From NCBI RefSeq assembly GCF_002948655.1, contig NZ_CP026755.1: 32,000 nucleotides of DNA. One strand, written 5' to 3'. This DNA is from Escherichia coli (GTDB taxonomy: Bacteria; Pseudomonadota; Gammaproteobacteria; Enterobacterales; Enterobacteriaceae). This document shows, piece after piece, positions 1-16,228 of this stretch. Made by a program: the position numbers and the translations under genes. Numbering within the stretch: the stretch's first letter is position 1; each line of letters starts with the position of its first letter. The notes below the pieces were generated by a model. The model worked only from the letters and a program-made list of their open reading frames with translations, had not been told where the DNA came from and made no database searches.

Positions 1-905
1 AGTTCCTGCACTTCTTCGTTGGTCAGCGAGAAGATGTCACGCTGTTCCTGCGGTACGTCTTCGATTTTAACCTGCTTGCCGTGCTCCTGGGTCGGCGCGT
101 AAACCATGCGGATTTTTTTCGACCCCATGGTGCGGCGCACGATAGCCGGGCGATTCGCCGCCAGTGTCGGTTTGTGCACGTAAAACTCATCCGGGTTAAC
201 CGCACCCTGCACGACCATTTCACCAAGGCCCCATGCGGAAGTGATAAACACCACCTGGTCAAAGCCGGATTCGGTATCAATGGAGAACATCACGCCAGAA
301 GATGCGAGGTCGGAGCGCACCATCCGCTGAACACCGGCGGAGAGCGCCACGCCACGGTGATCGTAACCCTGGTGCACACGATAAGAGATGGCGCGATCGT
401 TAAACAGAGAAGCAAATACATGTTTCACTGCCACGAGAACGGCGTCAAAACCCTGAACGTTGAGGAAAGTTTCCTGCTGACCGGCAAAAGAAGCGTCCGG
501 CATATCTTCTGCAGTAGCGGAGGAACGCACCGCAAACGAAGCGTTTTCGTCATCGGCGGAAAGCTGTGCATAGGCTTCGCGGATGGCGTTTTCCAGCTCA
601 GGCTGGAAGGGAGTGTCGATAATCCACTGGCGGATTTGCGCGCCCGCTTTCGCAAGCTGGGTAACATCGTCAATATCCGTTTTATCCAGCAGTTCATAAA
701 TGCGCTGGTTTACGCCGCTTTGGTCCAGAAACTGGTTAAACGCGTCGGCGGTTGTGGCGAAACCATTCGGAACGGAAACACCCATTCCGGAAAGGTTAGT
801 AATCATTTCACCCAGGGAGGCATTTTTGCCCCCAACCCTGTCTACATCATTCATGCCGAGTTGGTTATACCAAAGCACCAGCGGTGACGAGCCATTGTTG
901 GACAT
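1..905 (-). CDS. ppsA: Phosphoenolpyruvate synthase, N-terminal part; truncated by the left window edge
   Basis: Reverse-strand frame from ATG at 903-905 reads MSNNGSSPLVLWYNQLGMNDVDRVGGKNASLGEMI... and stays open to base 1. The provided track omits it, apparently because it runs off the edge. Confidence 0.96.
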   Translation of the reverse strand, partial: MSNNGSSPLVLWYNQLGMNDVDRVGGKNASLGEMITNLSGMGVSVPNGFATTADAFNQFLDQSGVNQRIYELLDKTDIDDVTQLAKAGAQIRQWIIDTPFQPELENAIREAYAQLSADDENASFAVRSSATAEDMPDASFAGQQETFLNVQGFDAVLVAVKHVFASLFNDRAISYRVHQGYDHRGVALSAGVQRMVRSDLASSGVMFSIDTESGFDQVVFITSAWGLGEMVVQGAVNPDEFYVHKPTLAANRPAIVRRTMGSKKIRMVYAPTQEHGKQVKIEDVPQEQRDIFSLTNEEVQE

Positions 906-991
906 CGAACAATCCTTTTGTGATAAATGAACGGTTTGAGAAACACATTTCTGCGCATTTATCTTTGCATATTTAACCGGATGAAAAAAAC

Positions 992-1005
992 GGTGAATCG
1001 TTCAA
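992..1005. promoter_or_regulatory. Putative Cra (FruR) operator upstream of ppsA
   Basis: GGTGAATCGTTCAA resembles the Cra consensus (TGAAWCGNTTCA-like). ppsA is known to be Cra-activated. Confidence 0.6.
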
Positions 1006-1236
1006 GCAAATATATTTTTTTACTTTTTAAGACTGATCCCAGCGTTGCGCAAATCTGCTCTCTTCGACAATTTCCACATAAACCATCGGTATAAACGAAA
1101 CCATAAAAATGAAATGCTGTTTTCATAAAAAATAAAATTGAAGGTTCATTTATAAACCAGACATAACGTTCTACGCTTCTGTGCGTTTTTAATTTATGCT
1201 TTCATAGAATTATGTCTACATCACGGGAAGAACAAA

Positions 1237-2070
1237 ATGGATAATGCTGTTGATCGCCACGTTTTTTATATTTCTGATGGTACGGCAATAACTGCGGAGG
1301 TATTAGGACACGCAGTAATGTCACAATTTCCCGTCACTATCAGCAGCATTACGCTGCCGTTTGTCGAAAATGAGAGCCGTGCACGGGCAGTGAAGGATCA
1401 GATTGACGCAATTTATCACCAGACAGGCGTGCGCCCGCTGGTCTTCTACTCCATCGTGTTGCCGGAGATTCGCGCCATCATCTTGCAAAGTGAGGGCTTT
1501 TGCCAGGATATCGTTCAGGCGCTGGTTGCCCCGCTACAACAAGAGATGCAACTGGATCCCACGCCGATTGCTCATCGTACCCATGGCCTGAACCCTAATA
1601 ACCTCAATAAATATGATGCGCGTATTGCGGCGATTGATTACACCCTTGCCCATGACGACGGCATTTCGTTGCGCAATCTGGACCAGGCTCAGGTGATCCT
1701 GCTCGGTGTTTCTCGCTGTGGTAAAACCCCCACCAGTCTGTATCTGGCAATGCAATTTGGTATCCGCGCGGCAAACTACCCCTTTATTGCCGACGATATG
1801 GATAATCTGGTGCTACCCGCGTCGCTCAAACCGCTTCAGCACAAATTGTTCGGCCTGACTATCGACCCGGAACGTCTGGCGGCGATTCGCGAGGAACGTC
1901 GGGAGAACAGTCGCTATGCCTCGCTTCGTCAGTGCAGGATGGAAGTCGCGGAAGTGGAAGCGTTGTACCGTAAAAATCAGATCCCGTGGATTAACAGTAC
2001 CAATTATTCGGTAGAAGAGATTGCCACCAAGATCCTCGATATCATGGGCCTTAGCCGCCGAATGTACTAG
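1237..2070 (+). CDS. ppsR: PEP synthase regulatory protein (bifunctional kinase/pyrophosphorylase, DUF299)
   Basis: 277 aa ORF starting [21 protein letters not shown], with P-loop-like [11 protein letters not shown]; divergent from ppsA. Confidence 0.96.
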   Translation: MDNAVDRHVFYISDGTAITAEVLGHAVMSQFPVTISSITLPFVENESRARAVKDQIDAIYHQTGVRPLVFYSIVLPEIRAIILQSEGFCQDIVQALVAPLQQEMQLDPTPIAHRTHGLNPNNLNKYDARIAAIDYTLAHDDGISLRNLDQAQVILLGVSRCGKTPTSLYLAMQFGIRAANYPFIADDMDNLVLPASLKPLQHKLFGLTIDPERLAAIREERRENSRYASLRQCRMEVAEVEALYRKNQIPWINSTNYSVEEIATKILDIMGLSRRMY

Positions 2071-2081
2071 AAAACTAGTGC
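2064..2081. promoter_or_regulatory. TrpR operator of aroH
   Basis: Near-palindrome GTACTAG-AAAA-CTAGTGC matches the trp operator consensus. It overlaps the ppsR stop codon and lies upstream of a TATCAT -10-like element (2100-2105). Confidence 0.85.
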
Positions 2082-2226
2082 ATTGGCTTGCTTTTTTGTT
2101 ATCATGCTAACCACCCGGCGAGGTGTGACACACCTCGCACTTGAAATCAGCTGCGATTGGTTTATCGTGATGCGCATCACTTCCCGGTAGTCCTGCCGTA
2201 GAAGCAACAAATTTCTGAGACTTGTA

Positions 2227-3273
2227 ATGAACAGAACTGACGAACTCCGTACTGCGCGTATTGAGAGCCTGGTAACGCCCGCCGAACTCGCGCTACGGTA
2301 TCCCGTAACGACTGGCGTCGCCACCCATGTCACCGACTCCCGCCGCAGAATTGAAAAAATACTGAATGGTGAAGATAAGCGACTGTTGGTCATTATTGGC
2401 CCCTGCTCGATCCACGATCTCACCGCTGCGATGGAGTACGCCACCCGTCTGCAGTCGCTGCGCAACCAGTACCAGCCACGGCTGGAAATCGTAATGCGCA
2501 CCTATTTTGAAAAACCACGAACTGTTGTCGGCTGGAAAGGACTCATCTCCGATCCGGATTTAAACGGCAGCTATCGGGTAAATCACGGTCTGGAGCTGGC
2601 GCGCAAATTACTTTTACAGGTAAATGAGCTGGGCGTCCCTACCGCGACTGAGTTCCTCGATATGGTGACCGGTCAGTTTATTGCTGATTTAATCAGTTGG
2701 GGCGCGATTGGCGCACGTACTACCGAAAGTCAGATCCACCGTGAAATGGCTTCGGCACTCTCCTGTCCGGTAGGTTTTAAAAATGGTACCGATGGCAACA
2801 CGCGGATTGCCGTAGATGCTATCCGCGCAGCCCGCGCCAGCCATATGTTCCTCTCGCCAGACAAAAACGGTCAGATGACCATCTATCAGACCAGTGGCAA
2901 CCCGTATGGCCATATTATTATGCGTGGCGGCAAAAAACCGAATTACCATGCCGATGATATCGCCGCAGCCTGCGATACGCTGCACGAGTTTGATTTACCT
3001 GAACATCTGGTGGTGGATTTCAGCCACGGTAACTGCCAGAAGCAGCACCGTCGCCAGTTAGAAGTTTGTGAGGATATTTGTCAGCAAATCCGCAATGGCT
3101 CTACGGCGATTGCTGGAATTATGGCGGAAAGTTTCCTGCGCGAAGGAACGCAAAAAATCGTCGGCGGTCAGCCGCTCACTTACGGTCAATCGATTACCGA
3201 CCCGTGTCTGGGCTGGGAAGATACCGAACGCCTGGTCGAAAAACTCGCCTCTGCGGTTGATACCCGCTTCTGA
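2227..3273 (+). CDS. aroH: 3-deoxy-7-phosphoheptulonate (DAHP) synthase, Trp-sensitive
   Basis: 348 aa ORF, MNRTDELRTARIESLVTPAELALRYPVT..., with typical DAHP synthase motifs (GPCSIHD, MRTYFEKPRT). Confidence 0.97.
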   Translation: MNRTDELRTARIESLVTPAELALRYPVTTGVATHVTDSRRRIEKILNGEDKRLLVIIGPCSIHDLTAAMEYATRLQSLRNQYQPRLEIVMRTYFEKPRTVVGWKGLISDPDLNGSYRVNHGLELARKLLLQVNELGVPTATEFLDMVTGQFIADLISWGAIGARTTESQIHREMASALSCPVGFKNGTDGNTRIAVDAIRAARASHMFLSPDKNGQMTIYQTSGNPYGHIIMRGGKKPNYHADDIAAACDTLHEFDLPEHLVVDFSHGNCQKQHRRQLEVCEDICQQIRNGSTAIAGIMAESFLREGTQKIVGGQPLTYGQSITDPCLGWEDTERLVEKLASAVDTRF

Positions 3274-3278
3274 ATGCG

Positions 3279-3308
3279 TGCCCATTCCTGACGGAATGGG
3301 CATTTCTG
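3279..3308 (+). terminator. Rho-independent-like terminator after aroH
   Basis: TGCCCATTCC-TGAC-GGAATGGGCA, a perfect 10 bp stem followed by TTTCTG; the U-run is weak. Confidence 0.65.
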
Positions 3309-3363
3309 CGCAACTTGTTGTCTTCTCAACACATTACTGCTTGCTCTGTCCCGCTATAATATT

Positions 3364-3382
3364 GATAATAAGAATCATTGTT
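3364..3382. promoter_or_regulatory. Fur box upstream of ydiE
   Basis: GATAATAAGAATCATTGTT matches the 19-bp Fur consensus GATAATGATAATCATTATC at 15 of 19 positions by hand count. Confidence 0.75.
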
Positions 3383-3404
3383 ATATCAATTATTATTATT
3401 TTTT

Positions 3405-3596
3405 ATGCGTTATACGGATAGCAGAAAACTCACGCCTGAAACGGATGCCAATCACAAGACCGCTTCCCCGCAGCCCATTCGGCGAATTACCAGCCAGACA
3501 CTGTTAGGTCCGGATGGCAAACTGATTATCGATCATGACGGGCAAGAATATCTGCTCCGTAAAACTCAGGCTGGCAAGCTGCTGTTGACCAAGTAG
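3405..3596 (+). CDS. ydiE: HemP-like small protein (hemin uptake protein family)
   Basis: 63 aa, [18 protein letters not shown]...[37 protein letters not shown]. The track start at 3378 is an upstream in-frame ATG inside or adjacent to the Fur box. Confidence 0.9.
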   Translation: MRYTDSRKLTPETDANHKTASPQPIRRITSQTLLGPDGKLIIDHDGQEYLLRKTQAGKLLLTK

Positions 3597-3599
3597 CCT

Positions 3600-5075
<1,476 letters not shown>

Positions 5076-5098
5076 TTAAACACCAGCAAACAGGAGGG

Positions 5099-5812
5099 TT
5101 ATCGCTGAACCAACGTCGTTATCTGATTTACAGGAACGGCAGGCCACAGGCATCCCTGGAGAGCATGGAAATCAAAGGGGGTAATCTGTGCCATTATTTC
5201 TGGCGTATCAATGCCCCCCGCGATGATGCAATTGCAACATGGGGAAATTTGCGCCTGGATCGCACGAATAAACGGTTCGAAGGAGCGATGCGTGATTTGT
5301 TGCTGAATAAAACTTTTATCCAGCATGACGCGGGTGAAAAGACCATCAAAAACCGCTCTCATTGTGCTATTGCCTGCGCCCAAATTACCTAACACAAGGG
5401 GATACATTTGCGATAAGGACAAAAGATCGCGATTATCTTTTCCTTCATCGAGATGCGGGTAATTCTCATTAATCAACAGTTCAATAAACGGATATTTTAA
5501 TAGTTCGCCCGCGTAATTATCCCTGTCTAATAATAAAGTAGCCACTTGTGGGGTTAAATTAAGCCAGGCAAAGAGTTTATGTTGAATAAAAAAGTGTTGG
5601 CATGATTTTAGCAATTCCAACTGCTCAGAAAATAATTGCCAATGTTGCTCCTCGGTAAGTTGCGCTATAACCCGACTCGTCGGTATACGAACCGTACCAT
5701 CTTCACTGGAGAAATGGGTAATTAACTCAACACCGACAAGGTCTTGCTGGTTATCTCTTATCGGCAGGAAATAGCAATCAGAATGATAAAGATTCTCCAA
5801 AAAAATCTTCAT
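5099..5812 (-). CDS. ydiV: EAL-like anti-FlhD4C2 factor YdiV (RflP)
   Basis: 237 aa, MKIFLENLYHSDCYFLPIRDNQQDLVGVELITHF..., a degenerate EAL-domain protein located between selO and nlpC. Confidence 0.92.
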   Translation of the reverse strand: MKIFLENLYHSDCYFLPIRDNQQDLVGVELITHFSSEDGTVRIPTSRVIAQLTEEQHWQLFSEQLELLKSCQHFFIQHKLFAWLNLTPQVATLLLDRDNYAGELLKYPFIELLINENYPHLDEGKDNRDLLSLSQMYPLVLGNLGAGNSTMRAVFDGLFTRVMLDKSFIQQQITHRSFEPFIRAIQAQISPCCNCIIAGGIDTPEIMAQITPFDFHALQGCLWPAVPVNQITTLVQR

Positions 5813-6016
5813 GGTAACCGTCCCTCTCGAAGGATGTTTTTCAGTATCCGGCTAAAAGGGATGAGGCCATAAGACATAACAATTACAGAAGGAGTAACTT
5901 TCATTTGTTCCATGTTAACCACTTTTTCAGGGGTCCTTTTATTAGATTATCCTGATTATAAACGAATAATCCATTTACGGAATTTTTGTCTGTAAAATAC
6001 TACTGTATTCAGGAGT

Positions 6017-6052
6017 AAATGGACGGAGATGTATCATCGCCGTCCATTTTTC
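6017..6052. terminator. Long, potentially bidirectional hairpin terminator downstream of nlpC
   Basis: AAATGGACGG-a-GATG-TAT-CATC-g-CCGTCCATTT followed by TT on the + strand. It lies just after the nlpC stop on the - strand. Confidence 0.6.
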
Positions 6053-6058
6053 GACATA

Positions 6059-6523
6059 CTAGATTCGTCTCGCCTGCCAGAAATTTTTCTGCCAATAAAC
6101 ATTATCGAGTGAGGAACGCATCACTCCCTTGCTGGTAGAGGCGTGGATAAATTGGTTGTTGGTATCATAAATACCTACATGCAAACCATTTTGTCCGGAG
6201 CCCGTTTTGAAAAAGACCAGGTCACCAGGCAGCAACTCGTCTTTATCAATTTGCGTGCCGATAGAGGCTTGTTCTTTGGTTTCTCGGGGCAGCTGCAAAT
6301 CGAAACGATCGCGCATCGTCACAACCACAAACCCCGAACAGTCCACACCGCGCCGCGTCATGCCACCATAACGATACGGCGTGCCATGCCAGCTCTGTAG
6401 CTGGTCGTTCAAACCGGCAATAACGGTAATCGAATCAGAAAGTCTGGCATTTGGCGGCGGTGCTTTATGGTGGCTACACCCGGCCAGAAACAGTGCTGTG
6501 ATCAAAATAAGGCAGAAACGCAT
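6059..6523 (-). CDS. nlpC: NlpC/P60 family lipoprotein endopeptidase
   Basis: 154 aa with a lipobox-like signal (LITALFLAGC) and NlpC/P60 motifs (RGVDCSGFV, PGDLVFF, HVGIY). Confidence 0.95.
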   Translation of the reverse strand: MRFCLILITALFLAGCSHHKAPPPNARLSDSITVIAGLNDQLQSWHGTPYRYGGMTRRGVDCSGFVVVTMRDRFDLQLPRETKEQASIGTQIDKDELLPGDLVFFKTGSGQNGLHVGIYDTNNQFIHASTSKGVMRSSLDNVYWQKNFWQARRI

Positions 6524-6600
6524 TCCGTACGGTTCCTCTGTTTTTTATTCTTGCATTAATTTAGCGTCGTAATTACCCGATTTTCAAGATACTAATGAAA

Positions 6601-7350
6601 TCAGATGGTCGAAATCAGCATTCTGTGACCTTCGATATCCAGACGGCGAAAATTCATCCCATAGGCCTGCGCCAGATTTGGCGGCGTGAGCACCTCTTCC
6701 CTGCGTCCACTGGCCAGCATTTTTCCACCTTTTAGCAACCACGCCCGATGCGCATGACGCAATGTATGGTTGAGATCGTGACTGCTCATCACAATCGCCA
6801 GTCCTTGCTGACACAGCGCGCTCAGAATTTTGTCTAATGCACTTTGTTGCGCAACATCAAGACTGTTCATAGGCTCATCAAGAAGTAGTAATTGGCCTGC
6901 GGGATTGGCTTGTGGTGTGATTTGCAGCACCACCGCAGCAAGACGTACGCGTTGCCATTCGCCGCCGGAAAGTTGATTGGTGCTACGTCCGAGTTTGTCA
7001 TCAAGAGCCAGCGCCCCTGCGACATCATTCAGTAGTTCGGTACGCGTTTTATCGTGCTGATGCAGTGTCAGGTAGTGCCAGACCGGCATTGCAAACGGCG
7101 GCGTCTGCTGTTGTGAAAGATAGGCGCGATGCAGCGCGAGTTTTGTTGCGGACCATGCTTCCAGTGGTTGCCCCGCGAACTGAATGCTTCCCTTACCGCT
7201 GGTCATTCCGGCCATTCGCGCCAGTAAGGTACTCTTACCCGCGCCGTTCGGCCCCACCAGGTGCAGGATCTCCCCAGCCCGAACCTCGCCAGAAAGCGGC
7301 CCCAGGCGGGTAGATTCCGCAACATCCTGTAACTGCATCACAATAGACAT
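6601..7350 (-). CDS. btuD: Vitamin B12 ABC transporter ATP-binding protein
   Basis: 249 aa with Walker [10 protein letters not shown], signature LSGGEWQRV and Walker B LLLDEPM. Confidence 0.96.
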
Positions 7351-7901
7351 TATTTTGCCAACGCCAGTTTAATGCTTTCCATCACAATGGGATCTTCCGG
7401 CGTCATATCCGGGGAAAAACGCTGGATGACCAATCCGTCCCTGCCAACTAAAAATTTCTCAAAATTCCATAAAATATCATCAGGGTACAGCGGTGCACGA
7501 CCTTTGCTGACCATACGGGCATAGAATCCGCTCTCTTCCGGCGCGACTGCGGTCGGCGCTGCGGCAATCAATTTTTGATACAGCGGATGGCGTCCTTCGC
7601 CATTAACTTCAATCTTACTGAACATCGGGAACGTCACCCCCCATGTGGTGGTACAGTAAGTTTTAATCTCTTCATCGCTGCCCGGTTCTTGTTCCAGAAA
7701 CTGGTTGCACGGGAATCCCAGCACCACAAAACCACGATCAGCCCAGGCTTTCTGAATATTCTCCAACTGCTCATATTGCGGCGTTAAGCCACACTTTGAG
7801 GCGACATTGACAATCAACAGCACATTACCGGCGTACTTCTCCAGCGTGGTCACTTCACCGTCGATATCTTTCACTACGGTCGTCAGAATGGAATCTTGCA
7901 T
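7350..7901 (-). CDS. btuE: Thioredoxin/glutathione peroxidase BtuE
   Basis: 183 aa with glutathione peroxidase motif [12 protein letters not shown]; overlaps btuD by one base. Confidence 0.96.
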
Positions 7902-7963
7902 CGTTTCTCCTGGGTGTGGTCAGTAAAAATCTTAGCTTTTAATCATAGACCGTCTTTTTGCGG

Positions 7964-8944
7964 CTAACGTCCTGCTTTTAACAATAACCAGATAAACACC
8001 GGCGCACCCAACGTTGCGGTGACCACGCCAATAGGCAGCTCTGCGGCAGCTAATGCCAGGCGCGCTACAATATCGGCCAGCAGCAATGCGCTCGCCCCTG
8101 CCAGCGCGCAGCCGGGAAGTAATACGCGATGATCGGTTAAACCACACAGCCGGAGAATATGTGGGATCACCAGACCAATAAAGCCGATAGCACCCGCCAG
8201 CGCCACACTGACGCCAACCATCCAGCCGGTCGCTGCCACCAACACATTGCGCCAGAACCACAGGGGTAAACCCAGTTGCCGCGCCGAGATCTCGCCAAGT
8301 GCTAACATATTCATTGGCCTGGACTGACAACAGATCCACAACAACACGGGGATCAATGCCAGCATCAGCCAGCTTTGCCGCCAGTCTACGCCGCCAAAAC
8401 CGCCCATCATCCAGTACATCAGCTGACGTAAATCAACAGAGGTGGAAAAGTAGATAGCCCACGTCATTAGTGCGCTACAGATAATCCCTAATGCAACGCC
8501 AGCCAGCAATAACCGACTGGTCGAAAGATGACGACGGGCGAAACGTAAGAGTATTAAAGTGATGATAAGCGCGCCAGCAATCGCACACAGCCCTAGCGCC
8601 CAGTTGGGGAGTTGCCCTTGCCCAAGCAATACCGCGGCGATAAGCCCCACGCCTGCGCCGTTAGAGACGCCAAGTAGTCCAGGTTCTGCCAGAGGATTTT
8701 CGAACAACGCCTGCATTACAGCGCCGGATATAGCCAGCGCCGCACCAACCAGCAATACAGCCAGCGTACGTGGCAGGCGAATTTGCCAGACGAACAGTTC
8801 GCCACGAGGAGTAAACCAGTCACCTGGCGAGATCCATTGTTCACCGGCGCAAAGGCTTAAGAGAAGCGCCAGCAGCATCAAAACTGACAGGCATAATAAC
8901 CAGCGAATATTTTGTCGCTGTTGTTGGCGGGCAAGTGTCAGCAT
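7964..8944 (-). CDS. btuC: Vitamin B12 ABC transporter permease
   Basis: 326 aa, [17 protein letters not shown]..., multi-pass FecCD-family permease, full length. Confidence 0.96.
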   Translation of the reverse strand: MLTLARQQQRQNIRWLLCLSVLMLLALLLSLCAGEQWISPGDWFTPRGELFVWQIRLPRTLAVLLVGAALAISGAVMQALFENPLAEPGLLGVSNGAGVGLIAAVLLGQGQLPNWALGLCAIAGALIITLILLRFARRHLSTSRLLLAGVALGIICSALMTWAIYFSTSVDLRQLMYWMMGGFGGVDWRQSWLMLALIPVLLWICCQSRPMNMLALGEISARQLGLPLWFWRNVLVAATGWMVGVSVALAGAIGFIGLVIPHILRLCGLTDHRVLLPGCALAGASALLLADIVARLALAAAELPIGVVTATLGAPVFIWLLLKAGR

Positions 8945-9006
8945 GGTATCCGTTCTGCTGAAGTGTCATGGCGTTGATTTTACGGTGACTCTTCGACAGT
9001 GAAAAG

Positions 9007-9034
9007 AAAAAAGGCCGCAGAGCGGCCTTTTTAG
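9007..9034. terminator. Intrinsic terminator between ihfA and btuC
   Basis: AAAAGGCCGC-AGA-GCGGCCTTTT, a 10-bp stem with flanking A and T runs on both sides. Confidence 0.75.
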
Positions 9035-9044
9035 TTAGATCAGA

Positions 9045-9344
9045 TTACTCGTCTTTGGGCGAAGCGTTTTCGACCCGGCTTTTTAACTTCTGCCCGGGTC
9101 TGAAGGTCACCACGCGCCGTGCTGTAATGGGAATATCCTCGCCCGTTTTCGGGTTACGTCCCGGGCGTTGATTCTTATCACGCAGATCGAAGTTACCAAA
9201 ACCAGAGAGTTTCACCTGTTCGCCGTTTTCCAGAGCGCGACGGATCTCTTCGAAAAACAGTTCAACCAGTTCTTTGGCATCCCGCTTGCTAAGCCCAAGC
9301 TTATCAAACAGATATTCTGACATTTCAGCTTTTGTAAGCGCCAT
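9045..9344 (-). CDS. ihfA: Integration host factor alpha subunit
   Basis: 99 aa, [31 protein letters not shown]...[24 protein letters not shown]. Confidence 0.98.
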
Positions 9345-9348
9345 AGGT

Positions 9349-11739
<2,391 letters not shown>

Positions 11740-11750
11740 CTATTCCTGCC

Positions 11751-12776
<1,026 letters not shown>

Positions 12777-12797
12777 TTAATTTTTTCAAAACGCGCA

Positions 12798-12828
12798 TAC
12801 AAAAAAAGCCTCCACTGGGAGGCTTTCA
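12798..12828 (-). terminator. Attenuator terminator of the pheMST operon
   Basis: On the minus strand: AAAGCCTCC-CAGT-GGAGGCTTTTTTTG, lying between the Phe-rich leader peptide and pheS. Confidence 0.9.
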
Positions 12829-12872
12829 GGCGCTGTTTTCCGTTTCTCTTCTCACGCGCTAGCCTCCTGGAG

Positions 12873-12917
12873 TCAGGTGCTAAAGTAAAAAAAGAAGCGG
12901 AAAATAGCAGCATTCAT
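12873..12917 (-). CDS. pheM: phe operon leader peptide, 14 aa ([14 protein letters not shown])
   Basis: Minus-strand atg aat gct gct att ttc cgc ttc ttt ttt tac ttt agc acc tga. It has five Phe codons, precedes the attenuator, and was missed by the track because of its length. Confidence 0.95.
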
Positions 12918-13006
12918 TGCTTGCGTTACCTTTTGGTACTTTTCAAAAGACCTTTATTGAAAAGGCTACGGCGATAAAAGTCAATGTTTTGATGGCGTTG
13001 AAACGA

Positions 13007-13031
13007 AAAGAGGGAGACTAGCTCCCTCTTT
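13007..13031 (-). terminator. Intrinsic terminator after rplT
   Basis: Perfect 10-bp stem AAAGAGGGAG / CTCCCTCTTT with a 5-nt loop, just downstream of the rplT stop. Confidence 0.75.
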
Positions 13032-13039
13032 CAACTGGC

Positions 13040-13423
<384 letters not shown>

Positions 13424-13449
13424 TTAAAAAGTTAAAAAACGTTAACGGC

Positions 13450-13671
<222 letters not shown>

Positions 13672-13743
13672 TTAATAAACGAAACAAAGGCGAACAAAGC
13701 CTGTGAAGCCCGAAGGCTCCACAGACAGTGCTACTTGAAGGCC

Positions 13744-14289
<546 letters not shown>

Positions 14290-16218
14290 TTATTCCTCCA
14301 ATTGTTTAAGACTGCGGCTGCGAATCTCTTGTTGCAGCTTCTCGATCACTTCATTTACGTCCATGCTTCCCAGGTCTTTACCACGGCGGGTGCGAACGGC
14401 AACTTTGCCTGATTCCACCTCTTTATCACCACAGACCAGCATATACGGGACGCGACGCAAAGTGTGCTCGCGGATTTTAAAGCCAATCTTCTCATTTCTC
14501 AAGTCTGCTTTAACACGAATGCCCGCATTTGATAGTTTTTGCGTCAATTCGTTAACGTATTCAGACTGCGAATCGGTAATATTCATGATAACAACCTGAA
14601 CCGGCGCAAGCCAGGTCGGGAAGAAACCAGCGAATTCTTCGGTCAGGATACCGATGAAACGTTCCATCGACCCCAGAATTGCGCGGTGAATCATTACCGG
14701 TACCTTACGCTCGTTGTCTTCGCCCACATAGGAGGCGCTCAGACGAGACGGCAAGGAGAAGTCCAGCTGTACTGTACCGCACTGCCATGCACGATCGAGG
14801 CAGTCATACAGGGTAAATTCAATTTTCGGACCGTAGAAAGCGCCTTCACCCAGTTGATATTCAAACGGGATGTTGTTTTCTTCCAGCGCAACCGCCAGGT
14901 CCGCCTCAGCACGATCCCACATTTCGTCGCTGCCAATACGTTTTTCAGGACGAGTGGAGAGTTTGACGACGATCTTCTCGAAGCCAAAAGTGCTGTACAT
15001 ATCATAGACTAAACGGATACATCCGTTAACTTCATCGCGAATTTGTTCTTCAGTACAGAAGATATGCGCGTCATCCTGGGTAAATCCACGTACGCGCATC
15101 AGGCCATGCAGCGAACCTGACGGCTCGTTACGGTGGCAGCTACCAAACTCGGCCATACGCAGCGGCAAATCGCGATACGACTTCAGCCCCTGGTTGAAAA
15201 TTTGTACGTGACCCGGGCAGTTCATCGGCTTAATGCAGTATTCACGGTTCTCAGAAGACGTGGTGAACATTGCATCTTTGTAGTTGTCCCAGTGACCGGT
15301 TTTTTCCCACAGGACACGGTCCATCATGAACGGACCTTTAACTTCCTGATACTGGTACTCTTTCAGTTTAGAACGAACAAACACTTCCAGTTCACGGAAG
15401 ATGGTCCAGCCATCGTTGTGCCAGAATACCATACCCGGTGCTTCTTCCTGCATATGGTACAGGTCGAGCTGTTTACCGATTTTACGGTGGTCGCGTTTCG
15501 CGGCTTCTTCCAGGCGCTGCAGGTAAGCGTTAAGCGCTTTTTTGTCTGCCCACGCCGTACCGTAAATACGTTGCAACATTTTGTTGTTGCTGTCGCCACG
15601 CCAGTAAGCCCCTGCCGTTTTCATTAGTTTGAAATGATGGCAGAAACGCATGTTCGGTACGTGCGGACCACGGCACATATCGACATATTCTTCATGGAAG
15701 TACAGACCTGGCTTGTCATCATGGGCGATGTTTTCGTCAAGAATGGAGACTTTGTAGCTCTCCCCACGGTTGGCGAAAGTTTCACGCGCTTCGTGCCAGC
15801 TGACTTTCTTCTTAATGACGTCGTAGTTTTTCTCAGCAAGCTCATGCATCCGCTTCTCGAGTGCTTCGACATCTTCCTGGGTTAACGTGCGGTCAAGATC
15901 AACGTCGTAATAAAAACCGTTGTCAATAACCGGGCCGATTGCCATTTTGGTATGCGGCCAAAGTTGTTTAATCGCGTGCCCTAACAGGTGCGCACAGGAG
16001 TGACGAATGATCTCCAGACCTTCTTCGTCTTTGGCGGTAATGATCGACAGTTGTGCGTCGTTTTCAATCAGATCGCAAGCATCAACCAGTTCGCCATTAA
16101 CGCGCCCTGCGATACAGGCTTTCGCCAGACCTGGACCAATGTCCAGCGCAACATCCATGGGGCTTACAGCGTGGTCGTAATGGCGTTGGCTGCCATCAGG
16201 AAGAGTTATAACAGGCAT
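14290..16218 (-). CDS. thrS: Threonine-tRNA ligase
   Basis: 642 aa, [28 protein letters not shown]..., full length. Confidence 0.98.
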
Positions 16219-16228
16219 TTTATATCCT

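Noticed and set aside
81-887. 268-aa plus-strand ORF
   Set aside because: Antisense to ppsA. The minus strand reads the expected PEP synthase N-terminus, and the plus ORF has no recognisable features.
425-930. Minus-strand ORFs of 90 and 76 aa (425-697, 700-930)
   Set aside because: They are in an alternative frame to the true ppsA reading frame that starts at 905.
7932-8339. 135-aa minus-strand ORF
   Set aside because: Out-of-frame shadow of btuC, which is intact in its own frame.
14290-16218. Several 80-160 aa ORFs opposite thrS
   Set aside because: All are antisense shadows of a complete, highly conserved synthetase.
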